This document shows, piece by piece, positions 15,912 through 26,645 of a stretch of DNA of 64,000 nucleotides. Location of the stretch: positions 34,955 to 98,954 of the forward strand of contig JAEZDA010000017.1 in the NCBI GenBank assembly GCA_023433345.1, in the 5' to 3' direction. How positions within the stretch are numbered: the first letter of the stretch is position 1; the number at the start of each line of letters is the position of its first letter. Position numbers and translations under genes: made by a program. The stretch comes from Bacteroidota bacterium. GTDB lineage: Bacteria; Bacteroidota; Bacteroidia; Chitinophagales; Chitinophagaceae. The notes beneath the pieces are model-generated. The model saw nothing but the letters and a program-made list of their open reading frames with translations, was not told the origin of the DNA and searched no databases.

Positions 15912-17807
15912 CTATGACCGTTCACTTAGTTCGAGCCAGCGCATTTCCATTTCGTCTATCAACCTGATAATTTGCCCGATTCTTTCTGTTGCCGAAGTAA
16001 GTTCGTCGAAGGAGAGGGTGGCAAGTTTTTCTTCCAATCCGGCTTTTTCGCGCTGCAGCACGGGGATCTCTTTTTCTATTTTTTCGAATTCTGTTTTTTC
16101 TTTAAAGCTTAGTTTTTTTACTTCGGTGGCATCCTGCTTTTTTTCTGTTATGGTTTCGGGGAATTTATCTGATGCAGTTGATCTTTCTTCCTTTCCCTTT
16201 GCCTGCAGTTCCCTTGAGGCAGTTTCGCGGTACTGCGTGTAGTTTCCGGGAAAATCTCTTACTACGCCTTCGCCTTCGAAAACAAATAAATGATCGACCA
16301 TTCGATCCATAAAATACCGATCGTGGCTCACAATGAGGATGCAACCCGGGAAGTCCATCAGGAACTCTTCCAGTGTTCGGAGTGTTTGCAAGTCCAGGTC
16401 GTTCGTCGGTTCATCCAGCACCAGAAAGTTTGGATTTCTGAACAGAACAGCCATAAGGTGAAGCCTTCGTTTTTCTCCCCCGCTAAGCTTGCTAAGGAAT
16501 GTGAACTGTTGTTCACCGGTAAAGCCAAATTTTTCCATGAACTGGCTTGCGGAGATCTTTGATCCGTCTGCCAGCGGAAAAAATTCGGCCATGCTTTTAA
16601 CGTATTCGATGGCTCTTTTATCTTCTTTGTAAACGAGTCCTTCCTGGCTAAAATGCCCGAACACTACGGTTTCGCCGTGGTTGATCTTTCCGCTGTCGGG
16701 TTCTTCCAGTTGAAGTGCTATTCTAAGAAAAGTAGACTTTCCAACCCCGTTCTTTCCCACCACACCGATCCTTTCACCTTTTTTGAAGGTGTAATCGAAG
16801 GCCTTTAAAATGGGAAGCTGCCCATAGCTTTTGTAAACTTTTTTCATTTCCAGCACCTTGCCGCCGAGCCGGGACATTTTCATTTGAAGGCTTACCTCGC
16901 CAACTTCCCGCCTGGCCTTCACTCTTTCTTCAATATCGGCGAAGGCATCCTGCCGGCTTTTACTTTTCACGGTACGTGCCTTAGGTTGTTTGCGCATCCA
17001 TTCCAGTTCTTTGCGGAAGATATTTTTATCTTTTTGCAGTTCGCTTTGTTGCACTTCAAGCCTCAGGCTTTTTTGTTCGAGGAAGTAATCGTAGTCGCCT
17101 TTATATATGTAAGTCTTTTCTTCATCCATTTCCACGATCTCATTGCATACAGCATCTAAAAAATATCTATCGTGGGTAACAAGGAGGAGGGTGATCTTTT
17201 TTGCGGCGAGGAATTCTTCAAGCCATTCGATCATACCCACGTCGAGGTGGTTGGTCGGCTCGTCCATTATAAGCAGGCAGCGTCCCTCGTGGAGATCGGT
17301 TTCTATCAGGGCCTGGGCGAGGGCCACTCTTTTTTGTTGCCCTCCGCTAAGGTTTCCCACTTTCTCATCCAGGTGATGAATTTTAAGTTTACCCAGAATT
17401 TGTTGAAGATCGCTTTCAAAACTCCATGCATTAAGGTCGTCGAGGCGCGACATCAGTTCTGCGAGTTTGTTTTCATCTTCCTCACCCTTTTCGAGGAATA
17501 GCTCGTATTCTTTTACCGCCTGTATAACGGGGTGGGGTAGCCGAAGAACGTTATCGCGGATGCTTTTGTTGGCTTCGAAATTATGTTCCTGTTGCAGCAT
17601 AACGGTTCGAATATCTTTATGAACCCATACTGTTCCGGAATCAGTTGTGTCCCGACCAGCGATAATTTTCATGAGGGTGGTTTTGCCGGAGCCGTTGCGT
17701 GCAACCAGGGCGATCTTGTCACCTTCTTCTATGTTAAGGGTGATGTTTTTAAAGAGGGTGCGGATTCCGAATGATTTGGAGATCCCTTCTACAGAGGCGT
17801 AATGCAT
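15912..17807 (-). CDS. ABC-F family ATPase (Uup-like)
   Basis: Two ABC domains (NGSGKT/LSGGQ/MDEPTNHLD and GVGKST/LSGGE/LDEPTNDLD), no TM segments, C-terminal coiled coil KLSFKEK...EMRWLEL. Confidence 0.93.
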   Translation of the reverse strand: MHYASVEGISKSFGIRTLFKNITLNIEEGDKIALVARNGSGKTTLMKIIAGRDTTDSGTVWVHKDIRTVMLQQEHNFEANKSIRDNVLRLPHPVIQAVKEYELFLEKGEEDENKLAELMSRLDDLNAWSFESDLQQILGKLKIHHLDEKVGNLSGGQQKRVALAQALIETDLHEGRCLLIMDEPTNHLDVGMIEWLEEFLAAKKITLLLVTHDRYFLDAVCNEIVEMDEEKTYIYKGDYDYFLEQKSLRLEVQQSELQKDKNIFRKELEWMRKQPKARTVKSKSRQDAFADIEERVKARREVGEVSLQMKMSRLGGKVLEMKKVYKSYGQLPILKAFDYTFKKGERIGVVGKNGVGKSTFLRIALQLEEPDSGKINHGETVVFGHFSQEGLVYKEDKRAIEYVKSMAEFFPLADGSKISASQFMEKFGFTGEQQFTFLSKLSGGEKRRLHLMAVLFRNPNFLVLDEPTNDLDLQTLRTLEEFLMDFPGCILIVSHDRYFMDRMVDHLFVFEGEGVVRDFPGNYTQYRETASRELQAKGKEERSTASDKFPETITEKKQDATEVKKLSFKEKTEFEKIEKEIPVLQREKAGLEEKLATLSFDELTSATERIGQIIRLIDEMEMRWLELSERS

Positions 17808-17885
17808 ACGCAAAGATACGGGGGAGGGATGGTGTGGTGGTTTGTTAAGTGGAGATGAAGAAGCAAAATCAAAATCGTTTTTGAC

Positions 17886-17944
17886 ACCACACGATTAGTT
17901 ATTTTGATCGCACTCAGGTATAAAATATTGAGATGCGGAGGAAA
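17886..17944 (+). repeat. 59-bp hairpin-containing element, copy 1
   Basis: ACCACACGATTAG...CGCACTCAG...TTGAGATGCG...GAAA; 46/59 identical without gaps to the copy at 18043. Confidence 0.8.
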
Positions 17945-18042
17945 AGAGTAAATAAAATTGGGGGCTCAGCCTGCTGGATTCATGATAACGGGTAGGGTTT
18001 CACTTGAAGCGCAGAGATCGGATATCTTCTTAGCGGTTTCCA

Positions 18043-18101
18043 ACCACACGATTAGGTAGTTTAGACGCATTCAGTTAGAAAACGCTGAGATGCGTAAGAA
18101 A
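18043..18101 (+). repeat. 59-bp hairpin-containing element, copy 2
   Basis: ACCACACGATTAG...CGCATTCAG...CTGAGATGCG...GAAA. Confidence 0.8.
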
Positions 18102-18323
18102 TCTTGGGTTAAAATCGTATTTGTATCATAGAACTCATTGAAAAATTTAATAACATTTTTCGTTGTTACCGTACTCGTACATTTTAAATCGAAGGATTAA
18201 TCGCCAACCATTTCGCCTGAAAACTGATCATCCCGGGCGCTTCAGATCAGTATTTCTATCGATAATGCGATTTGAATGGATAGTCGTGGGCTTATCGCTA
18301 TTTTTGAATTTCAACTATTCTGG

Positions 18324-19535
18324 ATGCAGCCCCTCGTGAGCGTGCTTATGATAACACATAATCATGCCCCCTTTATAGCAAGATCAATCCAATCAGTCCT
18401 TTCCCAGGAATCCTCCTTCAGCGTGGAACTTATTATTGGGCATGATGCATCAACAGACTCAACCCGCGACATCATCGACCGATTTATATCCCTTCATCCG
18501 GAAAAAATTAAAGTTGTCCACCATCCGCAACAGATCGGTATGACCCAAAATTTCCTTCACACCCTTAGCCGATGCGAGGGAAAATATATAGCAATTCTGG
18601 ACGGGGATGATCAATGGATCGATAATAAAAAACTGGAAATCCAGGTGGATTTCCTTGAAGAAAATCCTCATATAATTGCCTGCGGAGGAAATACTATTAC
18701 GAGACACACTTCCGGAATTCGTTTTTTTTCATTGGAAAGAGTGTTTAAAAAATGGTCAAATAAAAATAAGCTTCAGCTTTATGATCATGAGGAGATGATT
18801 GTGTCAAACAGGCTTCGATCGCCAACGGTTGTCGGAAGATCAGAAGCTTTTCGCATAGCTGCCGGGTCAGTTACCGATGGTGTGGTGCTGGACTGGCCGC
18901 TATATATCGGCATGGCAGCAGGAGATCAATCCGGTTTCTTTGCAGTTTTACCCAATCTGTTTGCCGCATATTCGGTTCACCAGGGCGGCGTTTTTTCCGG
19001 AACATCCTTTTCGCAGAGATTGGAAATTTCCGCATTAGCCAGGGAAAATATTACTTCGAATAGCCGTGGCCGTTATCTGGGCTGGCATTTCCCGGTTTGC
19101 AGATTACATGATCCCGTCCGGTATAACCAGAATTTAATTTCAGAACATTACGCGCGCCATTTTTCGAACGCAGGCATTTCTTTTTCCATTGATGATATTC
19201 CAACAGCAGCAACCATCCTCGCAAATTCTAACAAACAATTGATTGAGAAATTTGGTTTTGTTTTCGCCCTCTTATCTTTAAAAAGCAAATCGTTTTATGA
19301 ATTTACCGTGAAGCTTGGCGGCATTATGCAACTGCTAAAAAATTCCTCCTTGCCCGATCAAAAAAAGGAGAAATTATTAGGATGCCTTGGTACCGCCTGG
19401 AGAGACACCTTGTTCTATTCAAAGCCCACATTCAGAATACTGAAGCCTTTTATTCTTTCATCCTTGCGTAAATATTCGGGCCTGTCAGTTCTCAGCGTTT
19501 TACATGTTTGCCGGCATTCATACATCAAAAGTTGA
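18324..19535 (+). CDS. Glycosyltransferase family 2
   Basis: PLVSVLMITHNH, HDASTDST and LDGDDQW; start at ATG 18324 after a TATTTTTG -7 element (18299-18306). Confidence 0.88.
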   Translation: MQPLVSVLMITHNHAPFIARSIQSVLSQESSFSVELIIGHDASTDSTRDIIDRFISLHPEKIKVVHHPQQIGMTQNFLHTLSRCEGKYIAILDGDDQWIDNKKLEIQVDFLEENPHIIACGGNTITRHTSGIRFFSLERVFKKWSNKNKLQLYDHEEMIVSNRLRSPTVVGRSEAFRIAAGSVTDGVVLDWPLYIGMAAGDQSGFFAVLPNLFAAYSVHQGGVFSGTSFSQRLEISALARENITSNSRGRYLGWHFPVCRLHDPVRYNQNLISEHYARHFSNAGISFSIDDIPTAATILANSNKQLIEKFGFVFALLSLKSKSFYEFTVKLGGIMQLLKNSSLPDQKKEKLLGCLGTAWRDTLFYSKPTFRILKPFILSSLRKYSGLSVLSVLHVCRHSYIKS

Positions 19536-21004
19536 AAACAGACAATCACATACCTGAACTTCAAATGAAATCCATTTCTTCAGCAAAATGGAACATTACC
19601 GGGCAGGTTGCAATACAACTTCTGAATGTAGGCGGTACAATTGTTCTTTCCCGTTGGTTACCTCCGGGCGCGGTGGGCCTGCTTCTTATGCTCAGCCTGA
19701 TATCCAATTTTGTTGCAATAATTTTCAACCATGTTATTGGCAACGCTGTCGTTCAAAATTCCAGTCTTAATAACAAAGATCTTTCATCAATTTTTTGGAT
19801 GAATATTTTCATTGCGGCCTTCTTTCATATTTTGCTTTTCCTTTTTTCGCCCGTTATTTCTGCTTTTTACAAAGAAGACCAGATCTTAAAATATTTACCT
19901 TATTTCGGAACCGTTTTCTTTTTTTATGCATTAGGTGGAGTAAGCCAGGCCCTATTGGTTAAAAGGCATGCTTTTAAAAGGATTGTGGCGGGCAACCTTG
20001 TTGGGATAACAGTTTCTTTTTCAGTTGCCATTTTCATGGTTGCACAAGGTTATGGAGTTGAAAGCCTTTTTGTGCAACTCCTCTTAAACACATTTATATC
20101 CTCGCTGTTTTTTTTTATTGCTGAAAAATGGAAGCCTCTTTTTCATTTTTCTTTTTCATCATTAAAGAAGGTTCGCCGATTTGTTTCTCATCTGCTTTTT
20201 AATTCATCTCTTGAATATCTTGTTTTTAATCTGGACAACTTCATAGTTGGTCGATTTTTCGGTAATACCGGGCTTGGCCTGTACGGGAGGGCGCGCCAAT
20301 GGGTCTTTCTACCGGTGCAAAATGTAGCCTTTTCAATCAGCCGAAGCTTCTTTCCCACCTTTGTACAGCTAAAAGATGATTTCGATTCACTTCAAAAAAC
20401 CTTCCTTTTTTCATTCCGCTTGTCCTTTTACCTTACATGCATCCTGCTTATTTTTATGGTTGTTTCTGCCGGGGATCTTGTGCATATCTTCCTTGGAGAA
20501 CAATGGCTTGAAATAGTGCCTCTCTTCATCTGGTTCAGCTTTACTGGTATTGTTGGAACTATCAATGGCTTCAACGATTCTTTTATAACAAGCCAGGGGA
20601 AAACAGGCTTGCTTCTACGCACGGGAATTTTTGAAAAAATATTCACGGTCGCCGGCCTGTTGTTGGCTATTCCGTACGGATTGAAAGGACTGGTAATTGC
20701 AAGGCTGATCACCTCTCTTTGCATAGTTATCCCTAAAACCTATGTAGCATTAAGGGTTGCACGTATTTCCTTCAGTAAATGGATGCATGAGATCTTGCCG
20801 GCCCTCTCAATTTGTTTTTTACTTCTCGTTGCAGGTATAACTTCGGTTCGCGCGTTGGATTCTATTTCCGGGATCGCCCGGCTATCGATCGTATCAGGAG
20901 TTTATTTGCTGTTACTTATTATACTGTCTTACCTTTTTAAAGAACCGGCGTATCAAACCCTGCTCAAGGCTATATTGCATCGCAAAAAGCCGGAGCCGAA
21001 ATAA
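19532..21004 (+). CDS. wzx: Polysaccharide flippase (Wzx/WzxC-like)
   Basis: Many TM segments, NLDNFIVGRFFGNTGLGLYGRA; start uncertain (TTG 19532 coupled to the upstream stop, or ATG 19565). Confidence 0.88.
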   Translation: MKTDNHIPELQMKSISSAKWNITGQVAIQLLNVGGTIVLSRWLPPGAVGLLLMLSLISNFVAIIFNHVIGNAVVQNSSLNNKDLSSIFWMNIFIAAFFHILLFLFSPVISAFYKEDQILKYLPYFGTVFFFYALGGVSQALLVKRHAFKRIVAGNLVGITVSFSVAIFMVAQGYGVESLFVQLLLNTFISSLFFFIAEKWKPLFHFSFSSLKKVRRFVSHLLFNSSLEYLVFNLDNFIVGRFFGNTGLGLYGRARQWVFLPVQNVAFSISRSFFPTFVQLKDDFDSLQKTFLFSFRLSFYLTCILLIFMVVSAGDLVHIFLGEQWLEIVPLFIWFSFTGIVGTINGFNDSFITSQGKTGLLLRTGIFEKIFTVAGLLLAIPYGLKGLVIARLITSLCIVIPKTYVALRVARISFSKWMHEILPALSICFLLLVAGITSVRALDSISGIARLSIVSGVYLLLLIILSYLFKEPAYQTLLKAILHRKKPEPK

Positions 21005-21017
21005 GGCAGAAGACATT

Positions 21018-22193
21018 ATGAAGGAAAGGATTGCCATATGTATCAACTCTCTTCGTATAGGCGGCACCGAAAGGGTGGTTACTATACTCATGGAGCATTT
21101 GAAAACTGAATTTGATATCCATCTCATTCTTTATAATGAGGAAGTTGAATACAAAATTCCGGAGGACATTACGGTATATCCTCTGGGAGGTCCTTCGCGT
21201 GAGGGAGGCGTTGCGATGTTGCTGAACGGCCTGTTTTTTTCGTATAAACTTAACCGTTACCTCCGCCAAAAATCTATCACCACGGTAATTGGTTTCCTTA
21301 ACCGCGGCTGCTATCTCACAGCCCTTGTTAAAAAAGTTTTCAATTATCGGGGAAAGGTTTTGATGTGCCAGAGAACGCATCAAACAACTCTTGTAAGCCA
21401 CGGAAGTTTCATGTACAAGGTATTTTCTAATAGGCTGCTGAAGTGGTCTTTCGCGGCTGCAGACCTTTTGGTGGCAAATTCTTCTGAAATTAAGGAGGAC
21501 CTTGACAAATATGTTTCCAGGAAAGTGCAGGTGGTATTTATACCAAACCCGATTGACCTTGAAGAGATTCGGAACCTTGCAGATGAAGATGTGAATTTCA
21601 GATTTTCAGCTGATCAGTTTCATTTTGTTGTACTCGGTGGTTTGCGGGCGGAAAAAAATCACGAACTACTTCTGCATGCCTTTGCTCATCTGCCGGCAGG
21701 TGCAGCTAAGCTATGGATAATAGGCGGCGGAAAGTTGGAGCATAGGTTGAAGAGGCTGGCAACGCGGCTGAACATTTTCAACTCGGTTGAATTTTGCGGC
21801 AGCATGACAAATCCTTTTCCCTTGTTGATGAAAGCTGACGCGATGGTGCTTTCTTCGCGGGTTGAAGGATTTCCGAATGCATTGCTCGAAGGTTTAGCAT
21901 GCGGGAAGGCGATCATTTCCACCGACTGCAAAAGCGGGCCGAGAGAGATACTTGCTCCCGAACTTTCCGGTAAAGGCATGCTTGAAGATATCGTGCCGGC
22001 GAAGTATGGTATACTAGTTCCGGTTCACGACGCCGTTTCCCTTGCAAAGGCAATGAAAGAGATAATGACCAATGACAGGCTGAGAGGAGAATATTCAGAA
22101 AGAGCCTTGATCAGGATCAAAGCTTTCGATATCAATGTTCTCAGGAAGGAATTCATCCGGGTTTTTTCATCCGGCACTGGCACGGGAATATGA
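21018..22193 (+). CDS. Glycosyltransferase family 4
   Basis: GGTERV, KNHELLL, EGFPNALLEGLACG and GPREIL. Confidence 0.9.
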   Translation: MKERIAICINSLRIGGTERVVTILMEHLKTEFDIHLILYNEEVEYKIPEDITVYPLGGPSREGGVAMLLNGLFFSYKLNRYLRQKSITTVIGFLNRGCYLTALVKKVFNYRGKVLMCQRTHQTTLVSHGSFMYKVFSNRLLKWSFAAADLLVANSSEIKEDLDKYVSRKVQVVFIPNPIDLEEIRNLADEDVNFRFSADQFHFVVLGGLRAEKNHELLLHAFAHLPAGAAKLWIIGGGKLEHRLKRLATRLNIFNSVEFCGSMTNPFPLLMKADAMVLSSRVEGFPNALLEGLACGKAIISTDCKSGPREILAPELSGKGMLEDIVPAKYGILVPVHDAVSLAKAMKEIMTNDRLRGEYSERALIRIKAFDINVLRKEFIRVFSSGTGTGI

Positions 22194-22256
22194 GCATTGC
22201 CTGAATTAATTTCTTTTCTTTGCACAGCCGACGGAAAAATTCTGCGGACTTTAAAT

Positions 22257-23312
22257 ATGTCTAGAAATATTTTAATAACCGGCGGGGCCGGCTTCATCGG
22301 GTCGCACCTGGTTCGCCTTTTTGTTACTAAATATCCTGATTACAATATTGTAAACCTGGACAAGCTAACCTATGCTGGTAACCTTGAAAACCTTAGAGAT
22401 ATTGAATCTTTGCCGAACTACACTTTTGTAAAAGGCGATATCTCAGACCTCAGCTTTGTTCGATCAATGTTTGAGCAATATAGGTTCGATGGCGTTCTTC
22501 ATTGCGCCGCTGAAAGTCATGTTGACCGGTCAATATCAGACCCCCTTGCCTTTGTTGAAACGAATGTTGTAGGAACTGTTAGCCTTCTGCAGGCAGCGAA
22601 AGAGTTTTGGCAACATAATATGAAGGACAAGATCTTCTACCATATTTCAACCGACGAAGTGTATGGGTCTCTCGGCGCCGATGGCTTTTTTACCGAAGAA
22701 ACGCCCTATGATCCGCGAAGCCCCTATTCTGCATCAAAAGCTTCCTCCGATCATTTTGTGCGCGCTTTCTTCCATACTTATAATTTGCCGGTAAAAATTT
22801 CAAACTGTTCAAATAATTACGGACCCTTTCACTTTCCCGAAAAACTGATCCCTCTCTGTATTCTTAACATCATCAATCGAAAACCCCTGCCTATTTACGG
22901 CAAAGGTGAAAACGTGCGCGACTGGTTGTATGTAGAAGATCATGTAAAAGCGATCGACCTTATATTTCATGAAGGCAAGGTTGGAGAAACGTATAACATC
23001 GGCGGGCACAACGAATGGAGCAACATTAACCTCGTGAAAGAACTTTGCAGGCAGATGGATGAGAAATTATCACGGACGCCGGGCGAAAGCGAACAGTTGA
23101 TCACCTATGTAAAAGACAGGGCGGGGCACGACTTACGGTATGCCATAGACGCCGAAAAATTAACCCGGGAACTGGGCTGGTTGCCTTCGCTTCAATTTGA
23201 AGAAGGCCTTTCAAGAACTATTGACTGGTACCTTCAAAACCAGGACTGGCTTGAGGATGTTTCTTCAGGGAATTATCAACATTACTATCAGCAACAATAC
23301 CACAGACGCTAA
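22257..23312 (+). CDS. rfbB: dTDP-glucose 4,6-dehydratase
   Basis: [35 protein letters not shown] and YSASK; start at ATG 22257. Confidence 0.96.
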   Translation: MSRNILITGGAGFIGSHLVRLFVTKYPDYNIVNLDKLTYAGNLENLRDIESLPNYTFVKGDISDLSFVRSMFEQYRFDGVLHCAAESHVDRSISDPLAFVETNVVGTVSLLQAAKEFWQHNMKDKIFYHISTDEVYGSLGADGFFTEETPYDPRSPYSASKASSDHFVRAFFHTYNLPVKISNCSNNYGPFHFPEKLIPLCILNIINRKPLPIYGKGENVRDWLYVEDHVKAIDLIFHEGKVGETYNIGGHNEWSNINLVKELCRQMDEKLSRTPGESEQLITYVKDRAGHDLRYAIDAEKLTRELGWLPSLQFEEGLSRTIDWYLQNQDWLEDVSSGNYQHYYQQQYHRR

Positions 23313-23313
23313 A

Positions 23314-24177
23314 ATGAAGGGAATAATACTGGCAGGCGGATCAGGAACAAGACTGTATCCTATAACGATGGGAATAAGTAAACAACTTATGCCGATTTAC
23401 GACAAGCCCATGATCTATTATCCGCTGAGTACGCTTATGCTCGCGGGAATAAAAGATATTCTTATAATAACCACCCCGGATGACCAACAGCAATTTGTAC
23501 GATTAATTGGCGATGGCAGAAAATGGGGTTGCAGCATTAGCTATGCGGTGCAGGAGAAACCAAACGGGCTTGCACAGGCTTTCGTAATCGGGGAAAAATT
23601 TATCGGGTCAGACGATGTTGCGCTTGTGCTGGGCGATAATATTTTTTATGGAAGCGGGTTTTCAAAATTGCTTCAGCAGTCTTCAAACCCCGACGGTGCA
23701 GTGATATTTGCTTATCCTGTAAGTGACCCTGAAAGATACGGTGTAGTTGAATTTGACGATCAACAGCGGGCGCTCAGCATCGAGGAAAAACCTTCGAAGC
23801 CGAAAAGCAATTATGCTGTTCCAGGCCTTTATTTTTACGATAATAGTGTAGTTGAAATTGCAAAGAACATCAAACCCGGCCAAAGAGGCGAATACGAGAT
23901 CACTGATGTAAACCGGGAATACCTCAACAAGAAAAAATTAAAAGTAGCCGTGCTGGATCGTGGCTTTGCCTGGTTGGACACCGGCACTTTCGATTCTCTC
24001 AGCGATGCAAGTGAATATGTTCGCGTAATTGAAAAACGCCAGGGATTAAAAATCGGCTGCCCGGAAGAAGTTGCGTGGAGAATGAATTTTATAAACGATG
24101 AAGAACTCCTGGGCCTTGCAGAATCATTAAAGAAAAGCGGTTATGGAGAATACCTGGTGCGAATTAGCAGATCCTGA
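23314..24177 (+). CDS. rfbA: Glucose-1-phosphate thymidylyltransferase
   Basis: [33 protein letters not shown] and WLDTGT; start at ATG 23314. Confidence 0.96.
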   Translation: MKGIILAGGSGTRLYPITMGISKQLMPIYDKPMIYYPLSTLMLAGIKDILIITTPDDQQQFVRLIGDGRKWGCSISYAVQEKPNGLAQAFVIGEKFIGSDDVALVLGDNIFYGSGFSKLLQQSSNPDGAVIFAYPVSDPERYGVVEFDDQQRALSIEEKPSKPKSNYAVPGLYFYDNSVVEIAKNIKPGQRGEYEITDVNREYLNKKKLKVAVLDRGFAWLDTGTFDSLSDASEYVRVIEKRQGLKIGCPEEVAWRMNFINDEELLGLAESLKKSGYGEYLVRISRS

Positions 24178-24192
24178 CCATAAAAGAAAAGA

Positions 24193-25272
24193 ATGTCCCG
24201 AATAAATGTTACCAAGTCCTTTCTCCCGGAAAAGGCTGAGTTTCTGAAATACATTGATGCAGTGTGGGAGTCAGCCTGGCTTACCAATAACGGACCCTTT
24301 CTTCAGGAGCTTGAAAAAAAGCTCGGCGATTTCCTTTCTGTTGAAAATCTTCTGGTATGTGGTAATGGCACCATCGTATTGCAAATGGCAATTAAGGCGC
24401 TTGGTATAAAGCGTAAAGTTATCACAACTCCTTTTTCCTACGTTGCCACACTTAATTCTATCATATGGGAAAACTGTGAACCGGTATTTGTAGATATTGA
24501 TGCTGAAACACTTTGTATTGATGCTGAAAAAATTGAGGAATCAATCACTTACGATACAGAAGCTATTCTTTGTACTCACGTTTACGGCTACCCGTGCGAT
24601 GTAGATAAGATCGCAAAACTTGCCTCAAAATATAATTTAAAAGTTATTTACGATGCGGCCCATGCTTTTGGAGCTAAGCTTAGAGGGCGCTCCTTGTTTG
24701 AATATGGTGATGTAAGTACCTGCAGCTTTCATGCTACTAAACTTTTTCACTCCGTGGAAGGAGGGTGCGTGACCTCGCCTCATAAGGATGTTTTTGATGC
24801 TCTTTATAAATTGCGGCAGTTCGGGCATATCTATGACGACTACTACGTGGCAGGCATCAATGGAAAGAATTCGGAACTGCACTCTGCAATGGGTTTATGT
24901 GTTCTTCCGCATGTGAGCAACATAATTGAAGAAAGAAAACAAATATCGGATCTCTATGATTCAGGATTAAAAAACCCACGCCGGCCCCACACCTTCCTGG
25001 AAGAATTTGAATACAACTATGGATATTATCCGGTGATTCTTGAATCAGAGGAGATATTAATTAAGGTAATGGATGCCATGGCAAAAGAAGATATATTTCC
25101 CCGTAGGTATTTTTATCCGTCTCTCAACGAACTCGTTTTTGTGAAAGCGTTTGCGCGGCCATGCCCTGTTTCGGAAGATATCAGCAGAAGGGTTTTGTGC
25201 CTGCCATTATATGCGGGCTTAGCCACCAGCGATGTAGAGCGGATCATTAAATTGTTTAACAGCAATACTTAG
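24193..25272 (+). CDS. DegT/DnrJ PLP-dependent sugar aminotransferase (VioA-like)
   Basis: WLTNNGP, YDAAHAFG, SFHATKLFHSVEGG and RRYFYP. Confidence 0.9.
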   Translation: MSRINVTKSFLPEKAEFLKYIDAVWESAWLTNNGPFLQELEKKLGDFLSVENLLVCGNGTIVLQMAIKALGIKRKVITTPFSYVATLNSIIWENCEPVFVDIDAETLCIDAEKIEESITYDTEAILCTHVYGYPCDVDKIAKLASKYNLKVIYDAAHAFGAKLRGRSLFEYGDVSTCSFHATKLFHSVEGGCVTSPHKDVFDALYKLRQFGHIYDDYYVAGINGKNSELHSAMGLCVLPHVSNIIEERKQISDLYDSGLKNPRRPHTFLEEFEYNYGYYPVILESEEILIKVMDAMAKEDIFPRRYFYPSLNELVFVKAFARPCPVSEDISRRVLCLPLYAGLATSDVERIIKLFNSNT

Positions 25273-25343
25273 TAAGGCAATAAGAATCTGCTATATTGTG
25301 CCAAAACTAGTGGTCTCCGCAAGTTGATAACCTGGAAATAAGC

Positions 25344-26642
25344 ATGAAGAGACTTCGAAAGGTTTCCGGTATTTATAAAAACCCAGCTGCAAAAGCAATC
25401 GGCGTTTACACCTTTACAAACTTTTTTGCAAAAGGAGCTTCCTTCCTTCTTCTGTTTATTTACACGAATCCTCTTTATATATCACCTTCTGAAAATGGGC
25501 TGCTCAACCTGATGAGCACCTCAATTATCTTCCTTGTTCCATTTGTTTCCCTGGGATCTGTCCACTCAATAAATGCAGATTTTTTCAAAATGAATGCGAA
25601 TGATTTCAGGAACAGTTTTACAACCAGCCTTGTTCTGCCGGCTGCAATAACGATCCTTTCTTTTTTTGCGCTCTATATCTTTCGTGAACCTCTGCTTAAA
25701 ACCTATGGTTTTCCTTTTTCATTTATATGGATAATCCCTTCCATTGTGTTCTTTAATTTCTGTTATGAGCACCTGATGAACCTCATCAGGAATGTAAACG
25801 ATACAACCAGGTTCTTGAAGGTGAACGTCACGCGCACAGTTGTGGAGATTTCCCTCTCTGTGATACTGGTAGTATTTTTTACCTGGCGTTGGGAAGGAAG
25901 GGTGGCGGGAATATTAATGGCATACGCTCTGATCTTTTTGTATGCCTTCTACTATTTTAGAAAGAAAAATTATCTGTTCGGAAAGATAAGCAGAGATCGT
26001 CTTTTTCATGAGTTACAGTATGCAGGTCCGATCATTATCATGCAGGTAAGTATTTTCTGCCTGGGCTCTTCTGATAAGTTCTTCCTTTCCGCTTTTACAA
26101 ATGACAACAATGAAACGGTCGGTATCTACAGTATCGCAAGTATTTTTGCATCGGTGATCACAATATTTTGTACCGCCATCCTTCACTATTTTTTCCCGAA
26201 AATTTATGGACAGCTTTCCTCCGAAGAAGCCGACTATTCATTGATCAGGAAATATTTTATACTTTATGCAGGCATAATGGTGCTCTGCCTTATTGCAATG
26301 CTTATAGCGACGCCTGTTGCATACAAATATTTTATCCACGAAAAATACCATAAAGCATTATCCTACGTTCCTTACCTGTGCCTTGGCTGTTTTATGTGGG
26401 CCATCAACTATTTTTTTTATTCATCAATGCTGTTTTTCAAGCAAAAGAAAAAGATACTTGCGATATCACTCTTTTCGATCATTACAAGCCTTGGTATGAA
26501 TTATTATTTTATCAGGAACTGGCAGGAACTCGGGGCTGCCCAATCCTTTCTGCTAAGTTATACTCTTGTTTTTGCAGCCACTCTTTTCATAAATTCGGGC
26601 TTCGTAAAGAACATTCTAAAATCCAACATCCGGAAATCGTAA
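25344..26642 (+). CDS. Second oligosaccharide flippase (Wzx-like)
   Basis: About 12 hydrophobic segments; SDKFFL...VGIYSIA motif. Confidence 0.8.
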   Translation: MKRLRKVSGIYKNPAAKAIGVYTFTNFFAKGASFLLLFIYTNPLYISPSENGLLNLMSTSIIFLVPFVSLGSVHSINADFFKMNANDFRNSFTTSLVLPAAITILSFFALYIFREPLLKTYGFPFSFIWIIPSIVFFNFCYEHLMNLIRNVNDTTRFLKVNVTRTVVEISLSVILVVFFTWRWEGRVAGILMAYALIFLYAFYYFRKKNYLFGKISRDRLFHELQYAGPIIIMQVSIFCLGSSDKFFLSAFTNDNNETVGIYSIASIFASVITIFCTAILHYFFPKIYGQLSSEEADYSLIRKYFILYAGIMVLCLIAMLIATPVAYKYFIHEKYHKALSYVPYLCLGCFMWAINYFFYSSMLFFKQKKKILAISLFSIITSLGMNYYFIRNWQELGAAQSFLLSYTLVFAATLFINSGFVKNILKSNIRKS

Positions 26643-26645
26643 ATA

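Noticed and set aside
17886..18251. CRISPR array or integron attC array
   Set aside because: Only two clear 59-bp copies with a 98-bp spacer, no cas or integron integrase gene, and no RYYYAAC/GTTRRRY ends; a possible third unit at 18204 shares only CCAACCA
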